A stretch of DNA of 64,000 nucleotides, taken from the NCBI GenBank assembly GCA_030679145.1, contig JAUXTU010000036.1:86480-150479 (forward strand), written 5' to 3'. Positions 17,791 to 26,676 of this stretch are shown here, piece by piece. The position numbers and the translations under genes were made by a program. The stretch comes from Bacteroidota bacterium (lineage in GTDB: Bacteria; Bacteroidota; Ignavibacteria; UBA10030; UBA8401). The first letter of the stretch is position 1. Each line of letters opens with the position of its first letter. A model generated the notes under the pieces. It worked only from the letters and a program-made list of their open reading frames with translations, had not been told where the DNA came from and did no database searches.

Positions 17791-18619
17791 GGTAATTAGG
17801 TAGAAACGTAACCAAAATAAATTTTAGTAAAAAGTTTTAATAAATTGTCTGATCTGTGGTTGAAACGATATTCCACTTCCTTTAGATACATCGGGAAGTG
17901 ATATTTTGAAACACCACGATAATTATATAACACATGTTTAGCAAACGACCAAAAGCCTTCGATACCGTTGATATGATTTTTCGTCTTGGGAAATTTCTTT
18001 CCATGGCTTATGGTATGATGTTTCCCAAATCGTTTCAACGAACGATAACTTCGAAAGGTGTCGGTAAAGTAAACGGATCCTTTTCTCGTATGCTTCTTGA
18101 TATGGTCCATCAATTCATCTGCCGATACCGAATCAACAACCTTGGTGTAAACGCGTCCATTGCGCTCCAGAAGGCCAAAAACAATGCTTTTTCCCGCAGC
18201 ACCTCGTCCTCGCTTGCCTTTGCGACGACCACCAAAATATGCTTCGTCAAGTTCGATTTCTCCCCTGAGCTTTCCGGACTCCAATTCACTCACGTGGTAG
18301 ATCGCCTCTCGAAGTTTTTGATATACTCGGGTGATCGTTTTATAATTTACTCCAAGATCACTTGCCAGGCGATACGCCGGTTGTTGCTGATAGAATCCAA
18401 GAATGATTTTCAACTCTCGGCGAAGAATCTTTGCACCTTTTTGTTTCTTACATTTATTGCACTTGATGTATCCGCGTTTCGTTCGACAGACCTTGAACGA
18501 TCCGCAGTAAACACACTTTTTTCCATCAAAAAAGTTGCCGTGGTAACTTATTTTACTGTAACCCATAGTAGTATAATATACTTACTAAAATCTTGAGGTT
18601 ACATTTATACCTAATTACC
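17791..18619 (-). mobile_element. IS1595-family insertion sequence (ISXO2-like transposase). 829 bp, 23-bp imperfect terminal inverted repeats, 8-bp target-site duplication TTGTTTTT.
   Basis: IRL ggtaattaggtagaaacgtaacc at 17791-17813. IRR, as the reverse complement of 18597-18619, is ggtaattaggtataaatgtaacc; 21 of 23 positions match. The direct repeat ttgttttt occurs at 17783-17790 and again at 18620-18627. Confidence 0.85.
17796..18566 (-). CDS. IS1595-family transposase (N-terminal zinc ribbon plus ISXO2-like DDE domain).
   Basis: Zinc ribbon CVYCGSFKVCRTKRGYIKCNKC. DDE region …IELDEAYFGGRRKGKRGRGAAGKSIVFGLLERNGRVYTKVV…FTDTFRSYRS…HINGIEGFWSFAK…. Confidence 0.85.
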   Translation of the reverse strand: MGYSKISYHGNFFDGKKCVYCGSFKVCRTKRGYIKCNKCKKQKGAKILRRELKIILGFYQQQPAYRLASDLGVNYKTITRVYQKLREAIYHVSELESGKLRGEIELDEAYFGGRRKGKRGRGAAGKSIVFGLLERNGRVYTKVVDSVSADELMDHIKKHTRKGSVYFTDTFRSYRSLKRFGKHHTISHGKKFPKTKNHINGIEGFWSFAKHVLYNYRGVSKYHFPMYLKEVEYRFNHRSDNLLKLFTKIYFGYVST

Positions 18620-18642
18620 TTGTTTTTTGTTCACTATAAAAT

Positions 18643-18673
18643 AAAAAAGACGGACCATGATCCGTCTTTTTTT
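18643..18673. terminator. Bidirectional rho-independent terminator.
   Basis: AAAAAA-agacgga-ccatga-tccgtct-TTTTTTT. Confidence 0.7.
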
Positions 18674-18722
18674 AATTATTTGTTGGGCACCATTTTGCCA
18701 ATATACATTTGCAAAGAATAGA

Positions 18723-19622
18723 TTATTGTCTGTCTATGGTTGCAATCGTAGTCACGCTGCCATCGGAAGAGACCTTCCGCACCCTTGGGAGCCATTCCCG
18801 TCTGTTCTCGTTTGCCGTATGAATGTACTCAAGCACGTACAAATTGTTGCCGGATACCGCAACTGCTGACGGCGACCACGGGCTTGATGCATGCAGAATG
18901 GTTGTTACCTTTTTATCTGTTGAAATTCGTAAGACGGCTCCGCATCCTGCGGCAGCCACATAGACAGTTCCTGCCGAATCAACCGCGATGCCTCGGCAGT
19001 ATGGACCAAGTTCAGGTTCAACACCTGCCGCAGAGCCACAACCAGGTACATTGAGATCACTGATAACAGTTGTCAGTTCACCCTCCGGCGAAATCTTTCT
19101 GACTGCTCTATCTTCCGTATAATAAATTGAACCATCGGATGTGACTGCAATGCCATTCCGCCAACGGAGCTCTCCACTCGGAGACCGTGCAGGCGGCAGC
19201 GTCTTAACGACTGTTGTATTTCCGGAAGGTGCAATGCGGAAGATTTGTACCTGTTGCTCTGAATTAACCCACGGGTAATACAGACTTCCATCCCGTCCGA
19301 CGCTGATTGGAAAGTCACTGGAGAGCAGCAGAGTTGGATTACTGCCAACCCGAGTGACAGTTGCATCTTCGGATGAAAAGTAAGGTAATTTTACATTTGC
19401 CAATCGTCCGTCAACATCGATTGCCATCCAGTGGTACGACGGTCCCGGTATGCGTGTGAGTTTGCCGGTCAGATCGATTTTCCAAACACCAGAACCGGTA
19501 TCTACGAAGTAAATGTTTCCCTGACGATCCACAACAATACCAGAACCTGGATGGGCGAAAACCTCACTGCCGATGAAAAAAAGTAAGACGGCAAGTAGAT
19601 TAATGAATGTCTGTTTACTCAT
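18723..19622 (-). CDS. Secreted six-bladed beta-propeller protein (NHL, SMP-30 or gluconolactonase-like).
   Basis: Signal peptide. Repeated …DGS(I/L)YY… and GIAVD motifs. Noticeably higher GC than neighbouring genes, and it sits next to the IS element. Confidence 0.55.
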   Translation of the reverse strand: MSKQTFINLLAVLLFFIGSEVFAHPGSGIVVDRQGNIYFVDTGSGVWKIDLTGKLTRIPGPSYHWMAIDVDGRLANVKLPYFSSEDATVTRVGSNPTLLLSSDFPISVGRDGSLYYPWVNSEQQVQIFRIAPSGNTTVVKTLPPARSPSGELRWRNGIAVTSDGSIYYTEDRAVRKISPEGELTTVISDLNVPGCGSAAGVEPELGPYCRGIAVDSAGTVYVAAAGCGAVLRISTDKKVTTILHASSPWSPSAVAVSGNNLYVLEYIHTANENRREWLPRVRKVSSDGSVTTIATIDRQ

Positions 19623-19646
19623 AAATCCTCCATGACAAAATGGCTA

Positions 19647-19689
19647 TAACGTTTTTGGGCTTGACGAAGTTGGCGATTTTTACCACAAA
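19647..19689 (-). promoter_or_regulatory. Conserved 43-nt upstream element, copy 1, ending 24 nt before the NHL gene ATG.
   Basis: Minus-strand reading: TTTGTGGTAAAAATCGCCAACTTCGTCAAGCCCAAAAACGTTA. About 35 of 43 positions match copy 2 at 20792-20834. Confidence 0.5.
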
Positions 19690-19804
19690 TGCTAATGTGG
19701 AGAACTACACTTTCTGTAACTACAAAACTGTTTGCGCAGCATGGAACCCCGCCTATTGCAAATGTGCTGTTACCTGCTGGTCCGCTTCATTGCAATTATG
19801 TCGT

Positions 19805-20779
19805 TTACAAATTAGGTCTCCAAACAGGTGTTTCATTTCGTTTTGGCTCAGTTGTTAAACGAATTTTTTTTCTTGTCTCAACATTAATTAACCAAACATC
19901 GTATTGGATTGAAGTTCCACTTGAATATGCAATCCATTTTCCGTCTGGTGACCAAGAAGGTGAGTAGTCTTCCAAAATGTCATTTGTTAGGTTAATAATG
20001 TTGCTGCCGTCAGAATTCATTAAAAATATTTCAAAATTTTTGTCCTCTGTAGGTCCGTAGAATGCAATCTTTTTTCCGTCAGGGGAAAATTTTGCGCCTG
20101 AGTCAAATCCTTTTTTAAATATTAATTGCTTTTCGTTCTTTCCATCTATATCCATAATGAAAATTTCACCATTAGCCGCATGTGATGTGTCGTCAGGTTC
20201 TTTAATTTGTCGTGTAAAAAGTATCTTGCTTCCATCTATTGTCCAAGTGGGAACCTCTTCAAAAAATTCATTGGTTGTTATCCGGATGATACCGGAACCA
20301 TCAATGTTCATGGTATAAATTTCTCTGCTTTTGTGGTCTCTGTCTGAAGTAAAGGCAATTTTTTTTCCATCTGGTGACCAGGTGGGCAGATAATCGTTAG
20401 ATGGATGGTTAGAAAGATTTATTGGATTTTTTCCGTCTGCATCCATTCTGTAAATTTCATTATTCCCGTCACGATTTGAATAAAATAAAATATATTTTCC
20501 ATCAGGGGACCAAGATGACCAAAAGTCCAAAGCCTTGTTATTTGTCAGGTTTGTTACATTTTGCCCATCGGCAGTCATTGAATAAATTTCAAAATTGCCG
20601 TCTCTTGTCGTTAGAAAAGTTAACACACCAACAGGTACCGTGTCATTGTCATTTATTGAGATAGCTTTTGAAGTTGTCTTACAAGCTTGGTTGCAAAACG
20701 CAATTAGCACGAAAAGGGAAATTGAAATTAAATGTCTATCCATAATATTAATAATGTTAAATTTATTTGAGTTCTTCAT
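19805..20779 (-). CDS. TolB-like PD40/WD40 beta-propeller lipoprotein.
   Basis: Lipoprotein signal …LIAFCNQAC. Repeated PD40 motifs (W)SPDGK(K/Y)I(A/L)F. Confidence 0.7.
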   Translation of the reverse strand: MKNSNKFNIINIMDRHLISISLFVLIAFCNQACKTTSKAISINDNDTVPVGVLTFLTTRDGNFEIYSMTADGQNVTNLTNNKALDFWSSWSPDGKYILFYSNRDGNNEIYRMDADGKNPINLSNHPSNDYLPTWSPDGKKIAFTSDRDHKSREIYTMNIDGSGIIRITTNEFFEEVPTWTIDGSKILFTRQIKEPDDTSHAANGEIFIMDIDGKNEKQLIFKKGFDSGAKFSPDGKKIAFYGPTEDKNFEIFLMNSDGSNIINLTNDILEDYSPSWSPDGKWIAYSSGTSIQYDVWLINVETRKKIRLTTEPKRNETPVWRPNL

Positions 20780-20791
20780 TAGGCTTGCGGC

Positions 20792-20834
20792 TAACGGTTT
20801 CGGGCTTGGCGCAGTGGCGGACTTTTAGCACAAA
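20792..20834 (-). promoter_or_regulatory. Conserved 43-nt upstream element, copy 2, ending 12 nt before the TolB-like gene ATG.
   Basis: Minus-strand reading: TTTGTGCTAAAAGTCCGCCACTGCGCCAAGCCCGAAACCGTTA. Confidence 0.5.
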
Positions 20835-20891
20835 AGTTTAATAGATGCACTTCAGCCGCCATATTGCCAAACCGATGTTAGTGGATCGTTG

Positions 20892-21407
20892 TTATTTAAA
20901 ATATTTTGTCTTAACAAAGTTGATATGATGCAAATTATGTCCCACCATTGCAAAACCAAGTGTCCTAGATGTAAATGCCTGTCCATTAGCAGTGCCTTTA
21001 AAGTCCAACATTTTTTCTGTCATATTTTTGTATAAATTAATGGTTGAATTTCTTACTGCTAAATAGTCTTCTTTTAAATCAGATAATTTTATTTCATTTT
21101 GTTTCACATTTTTTATATAGTCATTTTCTTCAACACTTGATAATTCTGTATTGTCAAAACGGGAAAACCGAAAGGCTCTATATTGGAAAATTCTTTCCAT
21201 ATCAATTATGTGTCTCAAGACCTCCTTAATCGTCCATTTGTTTGTCTCATAAGAATAGTTTTCTAATTCAGATGTAATTAGGTTGAAAATATTTAAAGTC
21301 AATTCTTTACTTTTTTCAAGTTCAGATAATAAATTGTTTGTTTGAACCAAATCAAAAAAATAGTAACAATACTCTGGAGCGTCCTTATAAATTTCTTTAT
21401 TTATCAT
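20892..21407 (-). CDS. DinB/YfiT-like (DinB_2) metal-dependent four-helix-bundle protein.
   Basis: Motifs VLRHIIDMERIF and VGHNLHH, typical of DinB_2 histidine triads. Confidence 0.6.
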   Translation of the reverse strand: MINKEIYKDAPEYCYYFFDLVQTNNLLSELEKSKELTLNIFNLITSELENYSYETNKWTIKEVLRHIIDMERIFQYRAFRFSRFDNTELSSVEENDYIKNVKQNEIKLSDLKEDYLAVRNSTINLYKNMTEKMLDFKGTANGQAFTSRTLGFAMVGHNLHHINFVKTKYFK

Positions 21408-21605
21408 AAATTATTTTATTATTAGATTTCTGAATTGGCGTTACAATGTCCGCTAACATAATTCTTTGCGCAATATCGCGCAAATTTTTCTTTAAATACT
21501 ATATTCATAGCGTAATAACCTTATTGTTTAAGATATTAAGTATTACGATAGGAAAAAGCAAGAATAAGGGAAGTATGTAGAAGTATCTCAAAAATACCAA
21601 ATCAT

Positions 21606-21722
21606 TGTCATTTCGATCCCGCCTTGGCGGGAGAGAAATCTTGTTTTTGCTTTCAATAAATAAAAAAAACCGCGAATGCTCGCGGTTTTTTATTCTGGAT
21701 TCCCGCTTTCGCGGGAATGACA
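21606..21722. repeat. Composite palindromic repeat carrying an embedded bidirectional terminator.
   Basis: Starts tgtcatttcgatcccgccttggcgggagagaaatct. Terminator AAAAAAAA-ccgcga-atgc-tcgcgg-TTTTTT at 21662-21693. Ends with the hairpin ggattcccgc-ttt-gcgggaat-gaca. Confidence 0.65.
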
Positions 21723-21726
21723 TATT

Positions 21727-22953
21727 TTATGCTTTTTTCAATGTCAACACCGTAATCTCTGAACGCGCACCAACGCGAACCGGCGGTCCCCAATAACCGG
21801 TTCCTTTACTTACATACGCCCAGGTTCTGTCGTTGTATTTGTTCAATCCCTTAATAAAAGGTTGACCGATGGTTGCCACAAGATTCCACGGAAAAAATTG
21901 TCCTCCGTGTGTATGTCCCATCAAGACAAGATCAAGATCGAGGTCGTTTACGTGGAACAATGTTCTTGGTTGATGTGCCAAAAGAATTTTTGCCAATTCT
22001 TTCGGTGCGCCGTTCAACGCTTTTGCAGGATCAGATTTGTGAGCAGGGGAGAATCCGCCGCCGCTGTAATCCGTAACACCTGCAAGGACGAACGATGCAC
22101 CGTTCTTTGTAACAAGACGATGTTCGTTCATCAACACATCGTATCCCATATCGCGTGCGTGTGTAACCCATTGTTCAACGCCGGAATAATATTCATGATT
22201 TCCGGTGATGAAGAATTTTCCATGAGGTGCATAGACATTGGCAAGTGGTTCAAGATCATTCTTCAAATGCGGAACCGATCCATCAGCCATATCACCCGTA
22301 AATGCGATCAGATCGGGAGAAAGATTTTTTACTTCTTCTGCGATTGTTTCAATAAAATCCCGTTTGATTGTCAACCCTGCGTGAATATCACTGATCTGAA
22401 CAATTCTAAATCCGTCAAATTCCTTCGGTAATTTTGCAATCGGGATTTCAACATTGACGATTCCGGGTTTCTTTCGTGCTTCATAAACGCCGTATGCGGT
22501 AAGTGTTCCGGCAACACCAAGCACGCCAAGATTTGTTGTTTGTAAAAGAAATTCCCGCTTTGCAGCATCAAATGTCTGTGGTGAAGAAGAGAACAATGAG
22601 AATAATTTTTGTCCTCCAAATCCAAGCATCCATGTAATATCTCGAAATAGTAGTGTGACAAAAACGAATGATAAAAATCCGAGTGAGATATAGCCAATCC
22701 AGGAAACAGCATCACTGTACTTTTCCGCGAAACGCATGACGATGAATGTGCTGAATGGAATGAGGAACATCAATGCAAGTCCGATCCATGCAAACTGTTT
22801 ATACGGTGACTGAAGCTGGAATGGAATAATGAGCCTCCATCCGATATATGAATAACCGATTCCATACACCGAAAGGATGATTGCCATCCAGATAAGATAC
22901 ATTGTTGTTTGAGACATACTGCTTCTATGGTTTGTTGATGAATGTTGTGGCAC
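21727..22953 (-). CDS. Membrane-anchored calcineurin-like metallophosphoesterase.
   Basis: N-terminal transmembrane helices. Phosphoesterase motifs GDMADG, GNHEY, GHTHGGQ. Confidence 0.7.
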   Translation of the reverse strand: MPQHSSTNHRSSMSQTTMYLIWMAIILSVYGIGYSYIGWRLIIPFQLQSPYKQFAWIGLALMFLIPFSTFIVMRFAEKYSDAVSWIGYISLGFLSFVFVTLLFRDITWMLGFGGQKLFSLFSSSPQTFDAAKREFLLQTTNLGVLGVAGTLTAYGVYEARKKPGIVNVEIPIAKLPKEFDGFRIVQISDIHAGLTIKRDFIETIAEEVKNLSPDLIAFTGDMADGSVPHLKNDLEPLANVYAPHGKFFITGNHEYYSGVEQWVTHARDMGYDVLMNEHRLVTKNGASFVLAGVTDYSGGGFSPAHKSDPAKALNGAPKELAKILLAHQPRTLFHVNDLDLDLVLMGHTHGGQFFPWNLVATIGQPFIKGLNKYNDRTWAYVSKGTGYWGPPVRVGARSEITVLTLKKA

Positions 22954-22974
22954 AAAACTTCCTATGACTGAATG

Positions 22975-23661
22975 TTACCGTACAATTTTAAATTGAAACA
23001 TCGGCGTTTGCAATATGCCGAACATTCTTACCCACAGCAGAAGATATGCTTCTGTTCCGCGCGCATTGGTAATGTCGCCCATGTCGAGGATGTTTTCAGC
23101 CTTCCATCCGAAAGTGTTCAACAGCGCAATAACTTTTTTCTTCGCATCAGCATCATTTCCACAAATCGGCAAAGAATGATCACCGTTGTTCACCAATGAC
23201 GGGTTCACCATCAACGGATTCGAAAGTGTATTGAGCGCTTTTACAACTTTCAGACTTGGAAATGCACGTTGGATCTGTTCGCCGATTGAATCAGTATTGG
23301 AAACGGAAAGCGACGGAGGAAATCCTTTTGAGAAATCGAGTGGATTAGAAATATCGATCATCACTTTTCCGGAAAGATTCTTTTCTCCCGCGGAGGTTAG
23401 AGCACTTAACGATCCCATACCGCTTGTTGCATTGACGAGCAATTCACCAAATGCGGCAGCATCGGCATACGTTGCTACTTTTACAGAAGCATTCTTTCCG
23501 ATCCATTCCTGAAAAGAGACATTACCCATAGCGTCTCCTTTCGATCTGCTTTTTGTTTCTTCAACATTTCGTGTTCCAAGTGTAACATTGTGTCCTAATG
23601 AAACAAGTTTTGCTGCGATTGCGCGTGCAACACCGCCGGTGCCAAAAATTCCGATGTTCAT
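22975..23661 (-). CDS. NADP oxidoreductase, F420-dependent NADP reductase (Npd) family, Rossmann fold.
   Basis: MNIGIFGTGGVARAIAAKL…GHNVTLGTRN Rossmann motif. Overall resemblance to NADPH-dependent F420 reductase-like proteins. Confidence 0.6.
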   Translation of the reverse strand: MNIGIFGTGGVARAIAAKLVSLGHNVTLGTRNVEETKSRSKGDAMGNVSFQEWIGKNASVKVATYADAAAFGELLVNATSGMGSLSALTSAGEKNLSGKVMIDISNPLDFSKGFPPSLSVSNTDSIGEQIQRAFPSLKVVKALNTLSNPLMVNPSLVNNGDHSLPICGNDADAKKKVIALLNTFGWKAENILDMGDITNARGTEAYLLLWVRMFGILQTPMFQFKIVR

Positions 23662-23694
23662 ATTTCCTCCGATGTATTTAAATGCTCCTTAAAA

Positions 23695-23760
23695 ACGTCA
23701 TGCCGAACTTGGTTCGGCATCTTTCCTAAATAAAGATGCTGACATTCGTCAGCATGACGT
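23695..23760. repeat. Palindromic intergenic repeat, ACGTCATGC…GCATGACGT type, with two hairpins.
   Basis: atgccgaac-ttgg-ttcggcat and atgctgac-attc-gtcagcat. The termini are mutually inverted. Confidence 0.6.
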
Positions 23761-23770
23761 AATTTCTTAA

Positions 23771-24148
23771 TTACAATTCTTTCTTTTCTTCGCCCGGATA
23801 ATATCCGCAGCGGCGTTTCCACTCTGCTTTAAACTCTTCGCGTTCTTCCGGAGTCATTGCCGCAAGTTTTTCTTCCATGCGATGTTTCCATCGGTGAGAT
23901 TTCCATCCCATTCTGCTGTGTCCGTGCCATCCGCGCACAAGAATGTGCGAGAGAAGAAGAAGTCCCATTGCCTGCCAGTACGTAACGGTCGGTCCTTGGA
24001 AAATATCCGGGATGAGCCAGTTCCATAATTGCATTACCGCAAAGCCGACCAATGCGATAATAGCGATTCCGAACACGATAAATTTTGCGATCTTTCCGAT
24101 CCACCAGTATTTCATGATTGTATCTCCTTGTATAATTTTCTTCTTCAT
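23771..24148 (-). CDS. Small membrane protein with two transmembrane helices and a His/Trp/Lys-rich cytoplasmic tail. Candidate anti-sigma factor.
   Basis: Lies directly downstream of the ECF sigma gene. Tail sequence GWHGHSRMGWKSHRWKHRMEEK. An alternative start at 24115 (MKYWW…) is possible. Confidence 0.45.
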   Translation of the reverse strand: MKKKIIQGDTIMKYWWIGKIAKFIVFGIAIIALVGFAVMQLWNWLIPDIFQGPTVTYWQAMGLLLLSHILVRGWHGHSRMGWKSHRWKHRMEEKLAAMTPEEREEFKAEWKRRCGYYPGEEKKEL

Positions 24149-24150
24149 TT

Positions 24151-24248
24151 GTCATTGCGAGGAGTCTCGTAAATTTTTTTATTGAGACGACGAAGCAATC
24201 TTCCTGTTGATTTAGGGGATTGCTTCATCCCGATAAATCGGGATTCGT
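24151..24248. repeat. Palindromic intergenic repeat, GTCATTGCGAGGAG…CGACGAAGCAATCT type, with an extra hairpin.
   Basis: gaagcaatc/gattgcttc 9-bp inverted repeat. atcccgat-aa-atcgggat hairpin. Confidence 0.6.
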
Positions 24249-24267
24249 AATAACATTGTATTAAAAT

Positions 24268-24879
24268 TTATTTATTGAACTCAAATTCGTCGTACAGTTC
24301 TTGAAGCTGTTCTCTCAGATATAATACCGCATATCGCTTTCGTGAAAGAAGTGTATTCTGCGGTTCGCCGGTGATCTCTGCGATCTCTTTAAAACTTTTT
24401 CCTTCCAGCTCATGCAACACGAATACTTGTTTCTGTTCTTCAGGTAATTCATCCAATGCTTCTGCCAATTCTGTCCAGACGAGAGAACGGGCATATACCT
24501 GGTCAGGATTTTGTGTCGGATCGTAGAGAATATCTTCAAGATTCAACGGCATCGAAGGATCGTTCAGATCGCGCGGAAGCGACTCGGGACGTTTCTTCCT
24601 GTACCAATCAATGATCTTATTGCGGGCAACAGTGAAAAGCCACGACGTCATCTTTTCGATCGGTTCAGTAACGCTGTAGCTGGAGATCAATTGATAGAAG
24701 ACATCGGAAAGGATATCTTCTGCATCTTCCTCCGTGCGCACACGCCGCCGAATAAAATCGAATAGACGTTTTCGTTCCGTTCGGAAGGTCTGTTCCGCGG
24801 CAAGATTTCCGGACGGTCGCTTTTCTAATGCTATCGCATGTACCACTGGTTGTTCCGTATTGTTATTGCTTGTGTTCAC
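24268..24879 (-). CDS. RNA polymerase ECF-type sigma-70 factor.
   Basis: Region 2 (…FDFIRRRV…DILSDVFYQL…) and region 4 HTH (…KSFKEIAEITGEPQNTLLSRKRYA…). Confidence 0.8.
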   Translation of the reverse strand: MNTSNNNTEQPVVHAIALEKRPSGNLAAEQTFRTERKRLFDFIRRRVRTEEDAEDILSDVFYQLISSYSVTEPIEKMTSWLFTVARNKIIDWYRKKRPESLPRDLNDPSMPLNLEDILYDPTQNPDQVYARSLVWTELAEALDELPEEQKQVFVLHELEGKSFKEIAEITGEPQNTLLSRKRYAVLYLREQLQELYDEFEFNK

Positions 24880-25081
24880 AATAGAAGACGATATACCTTT
24901 CGGAATATTGCATTAAGAGGCATCAATAAATTCATAAGTTAGCCATGGAGAACTGCTAATATTATTACGCTTTGCCCGCGGTCAGTCTGATTTTAGCGTA
25001 TCACTAATTTTTTTCAGGTGACTCATTAAAATTATTTTAAAGTATTAGAAAAACAGAAAAGAAATCCAAATAATTTTGAAA

Positions 25082-26569
25082 TTATTTGATATAAGGAAGC
25101 AATATAGTCTGTTGTGTATTACGGATATGCTGAGGAACATCAGGCGATCCGATTATATATACTGCATATCCGCTATCCTTTACATGCCGTAATTGATCCT
25201 GTGAGGGAATGAATGGATACGCTGTAGCATGTGAGTAAAACATTGCTTCAATATAATGGGGTGTATTAAAGATCACCGCTTTTTGATCTCCGATCATAAT
25301 ACTAAAATTCCGAAACTGTTGCGCCCATAAAGGATTTCTGTCGATCTCTTGGAACGGTTTTAATCGTTCAATGGAATATCGGATTGGTAATATGATGAGA
25401 AATAGAACAAGAGTAATGCGAATCCATTTTTTTGTGGAAACAGATTCTTTGATCTTCCAAATAGACCAAGCAAGAATAATAAAAACCGCCGGTGCACTGA
25501 ACATAACATAGCCCGGCATTTTTGTTGCGACAATTGAAAAGAAAAGATACGGAACAAAAATCCAGACGAATAACATGGCGCCATTTTTTGAAATTTGTTT
25601 TTGCGCAAGCATGTAGATGAACAACGTAAGCGGAAGATAAATCAATTCGCCAAAAATTCGCGGCATCATGGCAAAATGGTAGAAAAATGTTCCGTCATGC
25701 CCATCAAGCGCCTCAAAAATGTGCATGTAGTTAAAATAACTTTCCCAAGCGGCTTCTTTCGGAAAAGTGGAAAATATATATATTTGCCAAGGAACGAATA
25801 TGATGCATGAAATACAAACAACAATAAAGGAATATCGAAATGCAACGCGCCACGAATCTCTTTGAAACAGTATAAGAAAAAATATGCCGACAACGATAAA
25901 TGCTGGAAGCCATTTGACTAGCACCGCACATCCCATCGCCATTCCGATGAAAAGAAGGTAAATGTTTTTTCGATACTGTATAAATTGTATCGAGAGAAAA
26001 ATTCCCAGTTCTACAAAAAAAACGAATAAAATATCTGGATGATCTGTCGGCTCATGTCCTGAGGCAAGTTCGATCAAAAATCCATTGATCGCAAAAAAAA
26101 ATGAGGCAAGCAGTCCTGTTCTGCGGTCAAAGATGTATTTCCCAATGGAATATGTTAATAGAATGCTGATTGATGAAAGGATGATACTGGGAATTCTCAC
26201 GGCGATCTCGTGAGTGCCGAACAATTTTAAACTTGCCGCAATAAGCCACAATGTAAGAGGCGGTTTGTGAATCCAAATATGATTGTTAGTCCACTCACGA
26301 TAATCGTAATCGAACAACGGCTTATCGTACAACGTAGGAATTAGAAAATGCTCCAATAGATTTTTTGCAGCAAGCGCATGGTAACGTTCATCCCACGAAT
26401 TCAAGAAAAAATCTGCACCAAGATAAAAACGTAATAGCAATCCTGCCGCAAAGATCAATATCAGCGCATATTTATATTGTTCGTTTGTATAAAACCTATA
26501 TGCCGAATAGAAAAGAATGACTGAAACTACAATGACAGATGAACCGAAGAAAGGGTTTGGTATCGTCAT
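25082..26569 (-). CDS. GT-C membrane glycosyltransferase of the ArnT/PMT family (GT39/GT83-like).
   Basis: About 12 transmembrane segments. N-terminal DE-containing loop (…WDERYHA…) typical of polyprenyl-phosphate-sugar-dependent transferases. Confidence 0.65.
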   Translation of the reverse strand: MTIPNPFFGSSVIVVSVILFYSAYRFYTNEQYKYALILIFAAGLLLRFYLGADFFLNSWDERYHALAAKNLLEHFLIPTLYDKPLFDYDYREWTNNHIWIHKPPLTLWLIAASLKLFGTHEIAVRIPSIILSSISILLTYSIGKYIFDRRTGLLASFFFAINGFLIELASGHEPTDHPDILFVFFVELGIFLSIQFIQYRKNIYLLFIGMAMGCAVLVKWLPAFIVVGIFFLILFQRDSWRVAFRYSFIVVCISCIIFVPWQIYIFSTFPKEAAWESYFNYMHIFEALDGHDGTFFYHFAMMPRIFGELIYLPLTLFIYMLAQKQISKNGAMLFVWIFVPYLFFSIVATKMPGYVMFSAPAVFIILAWSIWKIKESVSTKKWIRITLVLFLIILPIRYSIERLKPFQEIDRNPLWAQQFRNFSIMIGDQKAVIFNTPHYIEAMFYSHATAYPFIPSQDQLRHVKDSGYAVYIIGSPDVPQHIRNTQQTILLPYIK

Positions 26570-26676
26570 GATAGTTGTGATATTATTTTTGATAAGTAAC
26601 TGATGGTACGCAAAGATTTATTTATGTTATAAAATGGTTCGACGCAGCGCAGAACCTATGATCATCATGACCGTTT

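Noticed and set aside
17934-18596. 220-aa plus-strand ORF inside the IS element.
   Set aside because: It is antisense to the well-supported IS1595 transposase CDS. It has no motifs, so it is a shadow ORF.
19640-19967. 72-aa and 92-aa plus-strand ORFs between and over the propeller genes.
   Set aside because: They overlap the conserved upstream element and the 3' end of the TolB-like gene. No support.
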